NCBI GenBank assembly: GCA_041640655.1
Contig: JBEPZV010000008.1
Span: forward strand, 18,512 to 82,511
Direction: 5' to 3'
Origin: a bacterium
GTDB taxonomy: Bacteria; Acidobacteriota; Blastocatellia; HR10
DNA length: 64,000 nt
This document shows, piece after piece, positions 8,489-18,599 of this stretch (the stretch's first letter is position 1; each line of letters begins with the position of its first letter). Position numbers and translations under genes: made by a program. The notes below the pieces were generated by a model. The model saw only the letters and a list, made by a program, of their open reading frames with translations, ran no database searches and was not told where the DNA came from.

Positions 8489-10039
8489 ATGCCTTTAGAC
8501 GAGTATGACAAGATCGCACACCTGCTTCGTCGCGCCGGATTCACGGCCCATCCCGATGAAGTGGAAGCTGCGACGGCACGGGGTCTTCAGGCGACCGTCG
8601 AGGACTTGCTGAACTTCGAGAAGTTCCCGGATGTCCCCCCGGATCCGGAGCTCCTGGCGGCTTTGGATCTCTCTCAAGATGACTTCAATCGGATGCGAGG
8701 GGATTTCCTGAACAAGCTGACGCGCTGGTGGCTGCATGTGATGGTGACGACGTCCAGACCCCTGCAGGAGAAGATGGTCCTCTTCTGGCATGGGCTGTTT
8801 GCGACCTCGGTCACGGGCCTGGAGTTCTGGCAGCAGATCTATCTGCAGAACGAGAACTTCCGAGGCAATTTCGACCCGGATACGGGGCGACTGCTGAGAC
8901 CGGCGCCGGGGAATCCGTTCCCTGTGGGGAACTTCCGCCGCATGCTGGAGTATCTGAGCAAGGACCCGGCCATGCTCTATTGGCTCGACAACCAGTTCAA
9001 CGTGAAGAAGAACAGCGAGGTCGGCAGCAATGAGAACTATGCGCGTGAGCTTCATGAGTTATTCTCGATGGGTGTGGAAGACGTCGTGGCGCGAGTCCCC
9101 AACTACACCGAGCGCGACATCCGACAGGCTTCTCGTGCGCTGACGGGATGGCGCGTCCTTCCTCGTGCGGCGGGGTTCACCTTCCCTCGCGTCTTCTCCT
9201 TTGACGCTCAGCGGCATGATTTCGGCCCTTACGAACACCTGGGCAAGCGTGGTGGCACCAACGCTGACTTCATCTTCGACAACATCGTGCGCCATCGGAA
9301 TCCCGGGCAGAAACAGAGCGCCGTCGGACGGTTCCTCGGCTATCGGCTCTTCACATTCTTCGGCTATGAGGATCCGGAGCCGGAGATCATCAACGCCTTG
9401 GCCGACGTCTTCGATGGCGCCCATGGGGAGGAACCCTTCAACATCCGCAATATGCTGCGGACGATCTTCACTCCGGGCAACGTTGTCTCGGAAGCGTTCT
9501 ATTCGGAGCGGGCTTTCCGCGCGCGTGTCAAGAGCCCGACCGAGTATGTGGTGAGCCTCATGCGGCTGCTCACTTTCGACCGCACCACTGGCCGTCCCGA
9601 TGGGCTCCCGCCATCGTCCGCGGCGATGCGCTTGCTCCAGAACGCGATGGTCCAGATGGGGCAACAGCTCTTCGCCCCTCCGGATGTGAGCGGCTGGCGA
9701 GAGGGCCTGGCGTGGATCACCACGACCTCGGTCCTGGCGCGCTTCAACTTCGCCAACGATGTGCTCTCGCTCGGGGTCGCCCAAGGGGGGATAGATCTGG
9801 CGCGGCTCATCGCGCAAGCGGGACTGCAGGAAGCAATGCAGCAGAACCGATATGGCGAAGTCGTGGATACCCTCGCCAGGTGGCTGTGGCCGGCTCCGCC
9901 CTCGGCCGAAGCGCGCGAGGCGCTCATCGCCTATCTCCAGGCCCCGATCCCGAACGTGAACCCGAGCACCCTCGTGACCACGAAGATCCGCGGGCTGATT
10001 CACCTCATGCTCGCGGCCCCGGACTTTCAGCTCTGCTGA
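8489..10039 (+). CDS. DUF1800 family protein
   Basis: HLLRRAGF, PLQEKMVLFWHGLFATS, PAMLYWLDN, NENYARELHELFSMG, RVKSPTE, MGQQLFAPPDVSGW, PDFQ. Confidence 0.9.
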   Translation: MPLDEYDKIAHLLRRAGFTAHPDEVEAATARGLQATVEDLLNFEKFPDVPPDPELLAALDLSQDDFNRMRGDFLNKLTRWWLHVMVTTSRPLQEKMVLFWHGLFATSVTGLEFWQQIYLQNENFRGNFDPDTGRLLRPAPGNPFPVGNFRRMLEYLSKDPAMLYWLDNQFNVKKNSEVGSNENYARELHELFSMGVEDVVARVPNYTERDIRQASRALTGWRVLPRAAGFTFPRVFSFDAQRHDFGPYEHLGKRGGTNADFIFDNIVRHRNPGQKQSAVGRFLGYRLFTFFGYEDPEPEIINALADVFDGAHGEEPFNIRNMLRTIFTPGNVVSEAFYSERAFRARVKSPTEYVVSLMRLLTFDRTTGRPDGLPPSSAAMRLLQNAMVQMGQQLFAPPDVSGWREGLAWITTTSVLARFNFANDVLSLGVAQGGIDLARLIAQAGLQEAMQQNRYGEVVDTLARWLWPAPPSAEAREALIAYLQAPIPNVNPSTLVTTKIRGLIHLMLAAPDFQLC

Positions 10040-10049
10040 GGAGGCCTCG

Positions 10050-11351
10050 ATGAACAAGACAACGCGTCGCGAATTCATCAAAAAGAGCGGGCTGACGCTG
10101 TTGAGCGTGGGCCTCGGCCAGCAAGCCTTCCTGCGTCAAGTCCGAGCCGCTTCCGAGAGCGTCCTGACGCAGGCGGCTGCGCTCAGCCCCGTGGACCGCA
10201 TCCTCGTCGTCATCCAGATGGATGGGGGCAACGACGGACTGAATACGGTGATCCCGCTCACCGGCTCGGCGGCTTCTCTGTATCGCCAGTATCGTCCCAC
10301 GCTCGCCATCCCGGAAGAGAACGTCCTGCCTATTGGGACGGACGCGGCCGGAACGCTCTTGGGATTTCATCCGAGTCTCTCGCCTCTGAAGGACCTCTAC
10401 GCCCAGGGGCACGTCGCAGTGATTCAATCCGTGGGATATCCGAACCCGAATCGCTCGCATTTCGCCTCGCAAGACATCTGGCACACGGCCGACCCGCAGG
10501 GGATGAAGCGCACCGGCTGGCTCGGGGACTATTTGGACGTCGCCTTCTCCTCGGCGGACAATCCCCTGTTGGCTATCTCCCTCGCCGGAGGGCGGCTCCC
10601 GCTCACACTCCGCGCCGAGCAGGTCCTTGTGCCGGCCATCAGCAACGTGGCCAACTATCAATTCCGAACGCAGCCGCCGGGCGACCACGAGAACAAGATG
10701 CGGACGTTCCTGGCGCTGAATCGGGAGACAGCGCCCGAGCACGTGCTTCGCGAGCAGATTCGGCTCATCGCGCTCGACACGTACGAGAGCGTCCAGATGC
10801 TGCAGTCCGGCGTCCAGCGCTACACGTCTGACCCTTCCATCACGTACAACCAGCAGAATCCCCTGGCGCGCGCGTTGCAACAGGTGGCGCAGATTCTGGC
10901 AGCGGATCTCGGCACGCGCATCCTCTATGTGAGCATCGGCGGGTTCGACACGCACCAGTCGCAAGCGACGCCGCACGCTACGTTGCTCTCGCGCCTCTCG
11001 GAGGCGGTGGCCGTCTTCTACGCGGATCTGGTGCGGCTCGGACACGATGACCGCGTCCTCATGATGACGTGGTCGGAATTCGGCCGCAAGGTCCTCGAGA
11101 ACGGGAATCAAGGCACCGATCACGGGACCGTGGGACCACAATTCCTCATCGGGACGCGCGTCAAGGGGGGGATTGTGGGCGAGCATCCGAGCCTGCGCGC
11201 GGAGGATTTGAATCCCGGATTGGGTGATCCGAAGTTCTCCGCTCGCGCGATCGACTTCCGCTCGACTTACGCGACGATCCTGGAGCGGTGGTTCCGCGTG
11301 GATTCGCGAGAGATTCTGGGCGGCACGTTCGAGCTTCTGGATGTCATCTGA
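10050..11351 (+). CDS. DUF1501 family protein, Tat signal
   Basis: TRREFIK twin-arginine signal; GGNDGLNTVIP, NRSHF, GGFDTH, SEFGR, GTDHG. Confidence 0.92.
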   Translation: MNKTTRREFIKKSGLTLLSVGLGQQAFLRQVRAASESVLTQAAALSPVDRILVVIQMDGGNDGLNTVIPLTGSAASLYRQYRPTLAIPEENVLPIGTDAAGTLLGFHPSLSPLKDLYAQGHVAVIQSVGYPNPNRSHFASQDIWHTADPQGMKRTGWLGDYLDVAFSSADNPLLAISLAGGRLPLTLRAEQVLVPAISNVANYQFRTQPPGDHENKMRTFLALNRETAPEHVLREQIRLIALDTYESVQMLQSGVQRYTSDPSITYNQQNPLARALQQVAQILAADLGTRILYVSIGGFDTHQSQATPHATLLSRLSEAVAVFYADLVRLGHDDRVLMMTWSEFGRKVLENGNQGTDHGTVGPQFLIGTRVKGGIVGEHPSLRAEDLNPGLGDPKFSARAIDFRSTYATILERWFRVDSREILGGTFELLDVI

Positions 11352-11407
11352 GCCTGAACGACCGCTGGCGAAGCCAGAGACACATCAGCCGCGGACTCCG
11401 CGTATAA

Positions 11408-12451
11408 ATGAGCAAGCGCGCATATGGTGTTCACCTCGTCGCCCTCGGCTTCATCATGGCGGTGGGGCTGGTCGGCTTCGGGCTCTCAACGGGCCCACCT
11501 CCTGGATTCACGCAGGCTCCGGGCGAGAGCGCCTGCACGGAATGTCATGATTCGTTCGGCGAAGAGACCGATCGCGGACCGGGCGAGTTGAGGCTCGAAC
11601 ATCCGGCTCGGTATGAATTGGGCCAGACGCTGCCGATCACAGTGAGACTCGAACAGGTGGGACAGCGCCGTTGGGGGTTTCAACTGACGGCGCTCGCGAC
11701 GAACACGCTTGAACCGGCCGGAGAATTTGTGCTCACAGACCCCCTTCGCACGCAGATCGTCAGAGGGCCCACGGGACGTCTGTATGTCCAACACACGCGC
11801 GCCGGCACGTTCGCCGGACAACCGGATCGCGCGCAGTGGACCCTCGCCTGGCGCGCGCCCGAGCAGGATGTCGGTCCCGTCACCTTTTATGCGACCGGGA
11901 ATGCCGCCGATGGAGATGGGACGCGCTTGGGGGATTGGATCTATTCCGCGGAATCCACGATCGTCCCCCCCTCGTATCCGACGGCGACGGTGCGTTTCCC
12001 CCGAGGGGGGGAGACTTTCCGCCCCGGTCAGCCGATCGTCATCCACTGGACCGCATCTCAGGCGACCTCCTTCGACCTCCTCTTCTTCCCCCGCACGGGC
12101 GCGCTCCCGGAGCCGATCGCGAGCGGGCTCCCGGCCGAGACGCGAAGCTTCCTCTGGATCGTCCCCGACGTTCCCACCGAATCCGCGCGCCTTGCGGTCC
12201 TCGCCTTCAATGACGCGGGCTTCGCCCTGGCCGAGAGCAATCCCTTTCGCATCGGCTCTCAGTCGTGCGGACACTCCGGAGATGTGAACGGAGACGGGCG
12301 TCTGGATCGGCAGGACCTGCAGCTTGTGCTGCGTATCCTTCAAGGAAAAGCACCGCCCACACCAAGAGCGGATGTGAATTGCGATGGGATCATCACCGCT
12401 CACGATGCCATTCGGTTACTGGAAGCCCTTCTGGGACTCCGCCCTCTGTGA
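11408..12451 (+). CDS. Secreted Reeler/choice-of-anchor-V-like protein with CxxCH motif, Ig-like domain and C-terminal dockerin-type repeat
   Basis: Signal peptide, STGPPPGFTQAPGESACTECH, WGFQLTAL, GPVTFYATGNAADGDG; PRGGETF Ig-like; GDVNGDGRLD...ADVNCDGIIT duplicated EF-hand-like loops. Confidence 0.72.
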   Translation: MSKRAYGVHLVALGFIMAVGLVGFGLSTGPPPGFTQAPGESACTECHDSFGEETDRGPGELRLEHPARYELGQTLPITVRLEQVGQRRWGFQLTALATNTLEPAGEFVLTDPLRTQIVRGPTGRLYVQHTRAGTFAGQPDRAQWTLAWRAPEQDVGPVTFYATGNAADGDGTRLGDWIYSAESTIVPPSYPTATVRFPRGGETFRPGQPIVIHWTASQATSFDLLFFPRTGALPEPIASGLPAETRSFLWIVPDVPTESARLAVLAFNDAGFALAESNPFRIGSQSCGHSGDVNGDGRLDRQDLQLVLRILQGKAPPTPRADVNCDGIITAHDAIRLLEALLGLRPL

Positions 12452-12575
12452 TTCAGACAAAGAGCATCACGGCGTCCGCTCACGCTCGGGAAGAGGCCAC
12501 GTCCTCCACTGGCATCTCCAAGGGGAGTGCTCTCTCCCGCCCGCTCAGACGCCGATGTTCGTGATGTGCCCGGAC

Positions 12576-12881
12576 TCACTCCGGCTTCGGCGAATTCCAC
12601 TTGGCCTGAAACTCGGCCGCCGAGAGCGCGTAGTAATCGGCGTTCTTCTCGATGTAGAACGCCCACTTCTCAGGAACTTCATCGTTAGGGAAGATCGCCT
12701 CGACCGGGCAGGCTGGCACGCACGCGCCGCAGTCAATGCATTCTTCGGGGTTGATGTAGAGTTGCTCGACGATGTCGTATCCGGGCTCGTTCTTCCCCGG
12801 GTGAATGCAATCTACCGGGCAGACATCCACGCAGGCCGTGTCTTTCGTGCCGATGCACGGTTCTGCAATCGTATATGCCAT
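12576..12881 (-). CDS. Ferredoxin, 7Fe (3Fe-4S/4Fe-4S) type
   Basis: MAYTIAEPCIGTKDTACVDVCPVDCIH...CIDCGACVPACPVEAI. Confidence 0.93.
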   Translation of the reverse strand: MAYTIAEPCIGTKDTACVDVCPVDCIHPGKNEPGYDIVEQLYINPEECIDCGACVPACPVEAIFPNDEVPEKWAFYIEKNADYYALSAAEFQAKWNSPKPE

Positions 12882-13061
12882 GCTTCTCCCTCCCCGCGAG
12901 AGTGCCGCGAAACTTGAATTGTCCCTTATACCCGATTTCGCCGGCTCTGGCAAGGGCGATTCCGTTCATGCGCAAAGTCCTCGCGTGCTCCCTCCGCATG
13001 CGGAAGCCGCTCCGCAGATGTGCTACACTAGCCCCGAGAACGCCGTGAGGAGGTGACAACC

Positions 13062-13490
13062 ATGAGGACGGTGGTCGGGTGGATCGTGGTCGGAATGCTC
13101 ATCGGGATCCCTGCGGGGCGCGCTTCTCTGGGCGCGGATCCTCCGGGACAACGCTCGAAGAAGGAGAACATGGTCGAGATGGGGCACGCCTATCGGACCC
13201 TGCACGAGAAGATCTTCACCGGAGCGATCGAAGCGAAGTTCACCGATGCGGATTTCCAAGAGCTGAGCGCGCAGGCGGCGGCACTCATCCGACTCGCCGA
13301 GGAGTACGCGAAGCTGGAGACGAACGCTGATCTGGCGAACATCTCGCGCAATCTCGCGCGCGATACGCAGTCGGTGAAGAACCAAGCCGATCGTAAGGAC
13401 GCGATGCTCGCCGTGATGCTCTTTGGCCGCATCATCACCTACTGCGCCGAGTGTCACTATCAAACGCGATGGCCGGAGACGACGAAATAA
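13062..13490 (+). CDS. Periplasmic cytochrome c'-like (class II) protein
   Basis: Signal peptide, all-helical composition, C-terminal CAECH; SD GAGGAGG. Confidence 0.72.
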   Translation: MRTVVGWIVVGMLIGIPAGRASLGADPPGQRSKKENMVEMGHAYRTLHEKIFTGAIEAKFTDADFQELSAQAAALIRLAEEYAKLETNADLANISRNLARDTQSVKNQADRKDAMLAVMLFGRIITYCAECHYQTRWPETTK

Positions 13491-13701
13491 GTGCCGGAGG
13501 CTCGCGGGGGGAGGCGGAAGCGCACGGGATCAGAAAAAGCCCGCGCGCTTGACAGGCCGTCGGGCCATCGGGCACAATCTCACCGGTTATGATGGCCGAC
13601 CGGAATGCTCGACATCGCCCGCGCGTCGTCTTCGCGAAGACTCCACACGATCAGGCGCGCGAGCCTGTCATCGGGGGAGCGCTCCGAGAAAGGGGGTGAA
13701 T

Positions 13702-15393
13702 ATGAGACCGTCGCGCGTCTTTCCGGCCGTCGCGTGCGTGTTCGTTCTTCTGAGCGTATGTGCGAATGCCTCCTCGCCGCCTCGTCCTTCGGGAGGGATT
13801 ATGGGCGTCGTTCTCGACGAGGCGGGGAATCCAGTCATCGGCGCGATCGTGCGGCTCTTGCCGGCCACTACGTCGGACCAGCCGGTGAAGACGCTGCGCA
13901 CGGGAATGGACGGCAAATATCTCATCAAGAACCTGACCCCAGGCTCATATCGCGTGCGGGCAGAAGCGCGGGGCTTTCTCCCCGTCGCCCACATCGTCGA
14001 GATCAAGCCGCAGGTCATCCTCAGCTTCGACCTGGAGCTGCGGCGGACGGACACTCTGGCCGAACGCCGTCAGGATCGCGATGATTACCGATGGGCCGTT
14101 CGCGCCTCGCGTCGTCACGTCCTGCGGTTCAACAAGAATGGCGAAATGGAAGAGCGCGTGTTCGTCAGCCTCCTCGATGGCCGGTGGCGCGGGCACGTGA
14201 CCATCACCAGTGGATCTCTGCGCGGAGATCGGAGGCGCGTGGTCTCGGGCGGCGCGATGAATTTCGCCCTCGCGCAAGAGCTCTCCCCTCGGCTGGCGCT
14301 CGCCATCGCCGCGCAGACAACGGGATGGGGGGGGTATCCGGGACGATGGGAGATGGAAGCTGTGGCCAAGCCGTTCAAGTCCCATCGCCTGAATGCTGCG
14401 ATCGCCGCGACCGAGTGGCGCGCGGCTCCGGAATGGCCACATGAGGTGCGGCAATTGGCGTTTCGGATCGCCGATCACTGGGACGTCGCATCCGCGCTCT
14501 CGCTCACTTACGGCCTGGACGTGCAGCGAACTCGCGCGCAGGGGCTCGCCTCCTGGGAGACCATCCCCCGACTCGGCCTGCGATGGGCTCTCACCGAACA
14601 CATGTGGATCAAGGCCGACTTCTCATCGCTCCAGGAAGAGCATGCCGATCTCACACGCGGGAGCGCTACGCTCCCGGCGCCCTATCCCGCTCGGCCCTAC
14701 CTCCAATGGGATGGCCGCCCAATGGACGGGGGACATCACTGGCAAGTGGGCCTGGAACGCGCTCTCGGAGAGCAGCACAAGCTGGAGATTGCGATCTTTC
14801 AAAATGCGAGCCCAAGTGATGAGCTGGGACAAGCGAACCGCGGCGCGAGCGTCTTCTCTGCAGGGATCGGATCACGTCATGGCCTTCGTATTCTCTACAC
14901 TCGCCCGCTTTGCGATTCGGTGAGGGCGACCGTCGGCTACGCCTTCGGCGCTGAACGATTGTCGCCTTCCGAGAAGACGGTCGGCGCCCTCTCGCCTCGC
15001 GATTTTCACCTCCTGGCTGGACGCGTGGACGCCACGCTCGCCCGCACCCGCACGCGCGTGGCGGCTCACTTCCGCGCCGCGCGAGGATGGAGCGCGATGG
15101 ATGCGGACCCCTTCTATAGCCTCCCTTCTCACATCCTCTCGGTGCTGATCGCGCCCGTGTGGGAGCGGCCATCGGAAGATGGCCTTCCTCACTTGCCCCC
15201 TCTTGATCCTGGCTTGACGCTGGTCATCGCCCAGGAGCTGCCGAGCGTCGCCTTTTTGCCGGGCCGTTGGGAGGCCATCATTGAAGCGCGAAACCTGATC
15301 GCATGGCCCCAGAACGCGCGCGCGGAGGGGAGCGGGATCCTCCTTGTCCGCGCTCCTCGCTCGATTCGGGGAAGCCTCGCCTTGCGCTTCTGA
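13702..15393 (+). CDS. Outer-membrane beta-barrel protein with N-terminal carboxypeptidase-regulatory-like domain
   Basis: Signal peptide, GIMGVVLDEAGNPVIGAIV...GKYLIKNLTPGSYRVRAEARGF; amphipathic strands; C-terminal Phe (GSLALRF). Confidence 0.72.
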   Translation: MRPSRVFPAVACVFVLLSVCANASSPPRPSGGIMGVVLDEAGNPVIGAIVRLLPATTSDQPVKTLRTGMDGKYLIKNLTPGSYRVRAEARGFLPVAHIVEIKPQVILSFDLELRRTDTLAERRQDRDDYRWAVRASRRHVLRFNKNGEMEERVFVSLLDGRWRGHVTITSGSLRGDRRRVVSGGAMNFALAQELSPRLALAIAAQTTGWGGYPGRWEMEAVAKPFKSHRLNAAIAATEWRAAPEWPHEVRQLAFRIADHWDVASALSLTYGLDVQRTRAQGLASWETIPRLGLRWALTEHMWIKADFSSLQEEHADLTRGSATLPAPYPARPYLQWDGRPMDGGHHWQVGLERALGEQHKLEIAIFQNASPSDELGQANRGASVFSAGIGSRHGLRILYTRPLCDSVRATVGYAFGAERLSPSEKTVGALSPRDFHLLAGRVDATLARTRTRVAAHFRAARGWSAMDADPFYSLPSHILSVLIAPVWERPSEDGLPHLPPLDPGLTLVIAQELPSVAFLPGRWEAIIEARNLIAWPQNARAEGSGILLVRAPRSIRGSLALRF

Positions 15394-15434
15394 TGCTTTG
15401 GGTCTCCGGCTCTGGTCGCAGCATGGGCAGCAGC

Positions 15435-15471
15435 TTCCGAAAATCTGGAAAGAGTTTCCGAAAAAATGGAA
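15435..15471. promoter_or_regulatory. Tandem palindromic operator/enhancer (TTCC-N8-GGAA x2)
   Basis: TTCCGAAAATCTGGAA (15435-15450) and TTCCGAAAAAATGGAA (15456-15471), 21 bp apart; same pair at 24252-24288. Confidence 0.75.
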
Positions 15472-15578
15472 GGTTTGGCGAGGCCCCAGCGTCTCCCTTC
15501 TTGAGGGAACAGGCTGAAAATTCAGCGCTTACTTCTACCGCGCGTTTCACGGAATGGGATTTGCTTATATAACCCGCG

Positions 15579-18512
15579 ATGATGCCGAGGAGGTTGAGCC
15601 GACAAACGATATTCCTCCTGCTTGTGACCGGCGCATTGGTCCTGCTGGGGACCCTCAACCTCCACTCTCGTCTCAAGCGGCCTCAAATCCCATATGATGG
15701 GGTGACATGGGCGGACTCTTCTCAGGGGATCGTCGCGGCTATTGTGGATCTCCAGGGTCCGGCCGCACGAGCGGGGGTGCGCCGAGGCGATCGCCTGGTG
15801 GGGATCAGCCTGAGCGGCAGTTCCCCCTTCGACGCTGTCGCGCGTGCCAGTGACGTCCAGATCTATCTCGAGGCGGCGGGTGTCGGAGCCCCGATCTCCT
15901 ACCTCATCGAACGCGCCAATGTCTATGGGGATCGCTCGACCTGGGTGGCGGACATCCCCGAATTAGTGGCCAAACCGCAGAAGCTCGGACGAGGCCTCTA
16001 TCTGGCGGCCATCGGCGTCGTCTACTTGGTGATCGGCCTCTACGTGCTGCTCAAGCAGGGGCGGGCTCCGTATGTGCGCCATTTCTACTTGATCTGCTTG
16101 ATGGCCTTCATCGTCCATTTCTACAGCTTCACGGAGACGCTCGATCGGTTGGATTGGATCATCTTCTTGGCCGATAATGCCGCGCTCCTGCTTCTGGCCC
16201 CGCTCTTTCTGCATTTCGCGGCGCTGTTTCCACTGCGGCGGCAGATCGTGCGGCAGCGGCGCGCCGCCACGGTGGCCATTTACGTGCCGGCCATGATCCT
16301 GCTGGCCCTGGAGATCGCGCTGGCGGCCGGCTGGCGACCTCGCACCGCATCGGTATTGCGGTTGCGCGCGCATCTGGATACGGCGGCGCTCGTTCAATTC
16401 ATCGGCTGCTTCCTCGCTGGCGGCGGCCTTTTGGTCCGTACGTTCCTCAAGGCCGAGACCCCCTTGCTGCGACAACAGATGAAATGGATCGTCTGGGGAC
16501 TCGGCGTGAGCATCCTTCCCTTCACGGCGTACGAACTCTACGCCTATTTCGTCACCCCGAATGTCTCCCCGGTCGTCGAAGCGCTGGCCATCGGCCCGCT
16601 CATCTTCATTCCTCTGTCGTTCGGCTACTCGATCGTGCGGTATCGGCTGATGGACGTGGACGTGATTGTGCGGCGCAGTTTCGTCCATTTCCTGGCGACG
16701 GCGTCGGTGGCCGCGCTCTATGCGATCATTCTGGGCAAAGGGGCGACGCTCATCACCGAACTGGTGCCGAATGCGCCGGCCTGGTTCATTCAGGCCGTCA
16801 CCGTGGGCGGCGTGCTCGCCATCGCCATGCTCTTCGCGCCGATCAAGAACTGGCTCATGGAGCGCATGGATCGGCTCTTTTATGGGGAGCGGTATAGCGC
16901 CCGCCGGAGTCTCGATGCTTTCATCCGCACGATCTCAGCGACGACGGATCTGGACGCCCTGCTGGAGCGAACAGCGGAGCGTCTGCGGCGGATCTTCTCG
17001 GTCGAGAAGATCGCCATCTTCATCGAGGATGCGCGAACGCCGGTGGGATATCGCCTCGCCTTCTCCCGAGGCGTGTCGGCGGCGGATCTGCAGCTGCCCC
17101 CGGATTTCGGACGGATCGTCCTGGCCGAGAGCGGCCGCAGCGGCGTCCTCGCGCGCGAGGTGACCCCTTGGCTCCCGGAGACCTTCGCGCGCGGCGTGGA
17201 TGATTTGCAGTATTTCGTCCCCTGCCTGACTCACGATCGGCCGATCGCGATCCTGGCGCTCGGTCGGCCCATGGAGGCGCCGCTTCTCACCTCGGAGGAT
17301 ATCGGGCTGCTGCGCGTCATCTCCGGGTACCTCGCCATCGCCATCGAGAATAGCCTTCTCTACGGCGAGCAGGCCCGCCGTGCCGCCGAGTTGGCCCACC
17401 TCAAGGAGTTCAGCGAGAGCGTCATCGAATCCATCAATGTGGGGATCATCGCTCTCACGCCCGAGGGGCGCGTCACGATGTGGAATTCGGCGGCAGAGGC
17501 GCTCGTGGGGATCCCGCGTCCGCAGGCGCTCGACCGCCCGATCGAGGAGCTTCTGGACGCGGATCTCATCCGCGCGCTCCGCGACGTCACGCATCCTTAC
17601 GGATGGGCCGTGCCCGAGGTGCGAAACATCTACAAGTTCCGCTGGCGCGCGGGTGAGGATCGTGATCTCGTCCTCAATGTCTCACTCGTCCCGCTCTGGA
17701 TGCGCTCGGGCGGGCCCTCGGGATCGCTGCTTGTCCTCGAAGACCTGACGCATCGGGTGCGGCTTGAGGAGCAATTGCAGCAACGGGAGAAGCTCTCCTC
17801 GCTGGGCCTGCTGGCTGCCGGAGTCGCGCACGAGGTGAACACGCCGCTGGCGGGAATCTCCAGCTACACGCAGATGCTCCTCAAGCAGTTCCCCCCGACC
17901 GATCCGCGTCGCGCGCTCCTGGAGAAGATCGAGACGCAGGTGCTGCGCGCGTCACAGATCGTCCAGAGCCTGTTGAACTTCGCGCGCATGGAGCGCCCGA
18001 CGGTGAGCGAGTTGGACATCCGAAGAGTCCTCGACGATACACTCCAACTTCTGGAACCCCAATTGCGCAATACGCGCATCGAGGTGGTGCGACGATATGC
18101 CGAGGAGCTGCCGCCGGTGCTCGGTGACGCGACGAAGTTGCAGCAGGTCTTCATGAATCTGATCTTGAACGCGCGCGACGCCATGCCCGAGGGCGGACGG
18201 CTCACGTTGGCGGCATATCTGAGCGATGGTCAGGTCTGCGTGGACGTCGAGGACACGGGGGTGGGCATCCCGCCCGAACACATCGCCCGCATTTACGATC
18301 CGTTCTTCACGACCAAGGGCGTGGGGCGGGGGACCGGCTTGGGCTTGGCGCTCAGCTACGGCATCATCCAGGAACACGCCGGGCGCATCTTCGTCGAGAG
18401 CCAGGTCGGTCGCGGCACACGGTTCACCATCGCGCTGCCCGCTCTGGACGCTCGGCGCGCTTCAGGCGCCCTCGGCGAGACTCCGGAGAGAGCCGTGGCG
18501 GCCGGAGATTGA
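15579..18512 (+). CDS. Multi-TM sensor histidine kinase (PDZ - multi-TM - GAF - PAS - HisKA - HATPase)
   Basis: GPAARAGVRRGDRLVGI (PDZ), many TM helices, AGVAHEVNTPL (H-box), QVFMNLILNARDAM, DTGVGI, FFTTK, GTGLGL. Confidence 0.93.
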   Translation: MMPRRLSRQTIFLLLVTGALVLLGTLNLHSRLKRPQIPYDGVTWADSSQGIVAAIVDLQGPAARAGVRRGDRLVGISLSGSSPFDAVARASDVQIYLEAAGVGAPISYLIERANVYGDRSTWVADIPELVAKPQKLGRGLYLAAIGVVYLVIGLYVLLKQGRAPYVRHFYLICLMAFIVHFYSFTETLDRLDWIIFLADNAALLLLAPLFLHFAALFPLRRQIVRQRRAATVAIYVPAMILLALEIALAAGWRPRTASVLRLRAHLDTAALVQFIGCFLAGGGLLVRTFLKAETPLLRQQMKWIVWGLGVSILPFTAYELYAYFVTPNVSPVVEALAIGPLIFIPLSFGYSIVRYRLMDVDVIVRRSFVHFLATASVAALYAIILGKGATLITELVPNAPAWFIQAVTVGGVLAIAMLFAPIKNWLMERMDRLFYGERYSARRSLDAFIRTISATTDLDALLERTAERLRRIFSVEKIAIFIEDARTPVGYRLAFSRGVSAADLQLPPDFGRIVLAESGRSGVLAREVTPWLPETFARGVDDLQYFVPCLTHDRPIAILALGRPMEAPLLTSEDIGLLRVISGYLAIAIENSLLYGEQARRAAELAHLKEFSESVIESINVGIIALTPEGRVTMWNSAAEALVGIPRPQALDRPIEELLDADLIRALRDVTHPYGWAVPEVRNIYKFRWRAGEDRDLVLNVSLVPLWMRSGGPSGSLLVLEDLTHRVRLEEQLQQREKLSSLGLLAAGVAHEVNTPLAGISSYTQMLLKQFPPTDPRRALLEKIETQVLRASQIVQSLLNFARMERPTVSELDIRRVLDDTLQLLEPQLRNTRIEVVRRYAEELPPVLGDATKLQQVFMNLILNARDAMPEGGRLTLAAYLSDGQVCVDVEDTGVGIPPEHIARIYDPFFTTKGVGRGTGLGLALSYGIIQEHAGRIFVESQVGRGTRFTIALPALDARRASGALGETPERAVAAGD

Positions 18513-18599
18513 TCTCCCCGGGAAGACGCGCGCGCCATCCCCCTCACCGAACACGCCCATTCTGCTCGGCTCGCACCTTGTGCTACCATTTAGAACGCT

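Noticed and set aside
15435..15471. CRISPR or REP-type repeat
   Set aside because: Only two 16-bp units with a 5-bp gap at each locus; fits transcription-factor sites
18568..18585. Sigma54 promoter before the response regulator
   Set aside because: GG-N10 is followed by GT rather than GC; an extended -10 (TGCTACCAT) is the simpler reading
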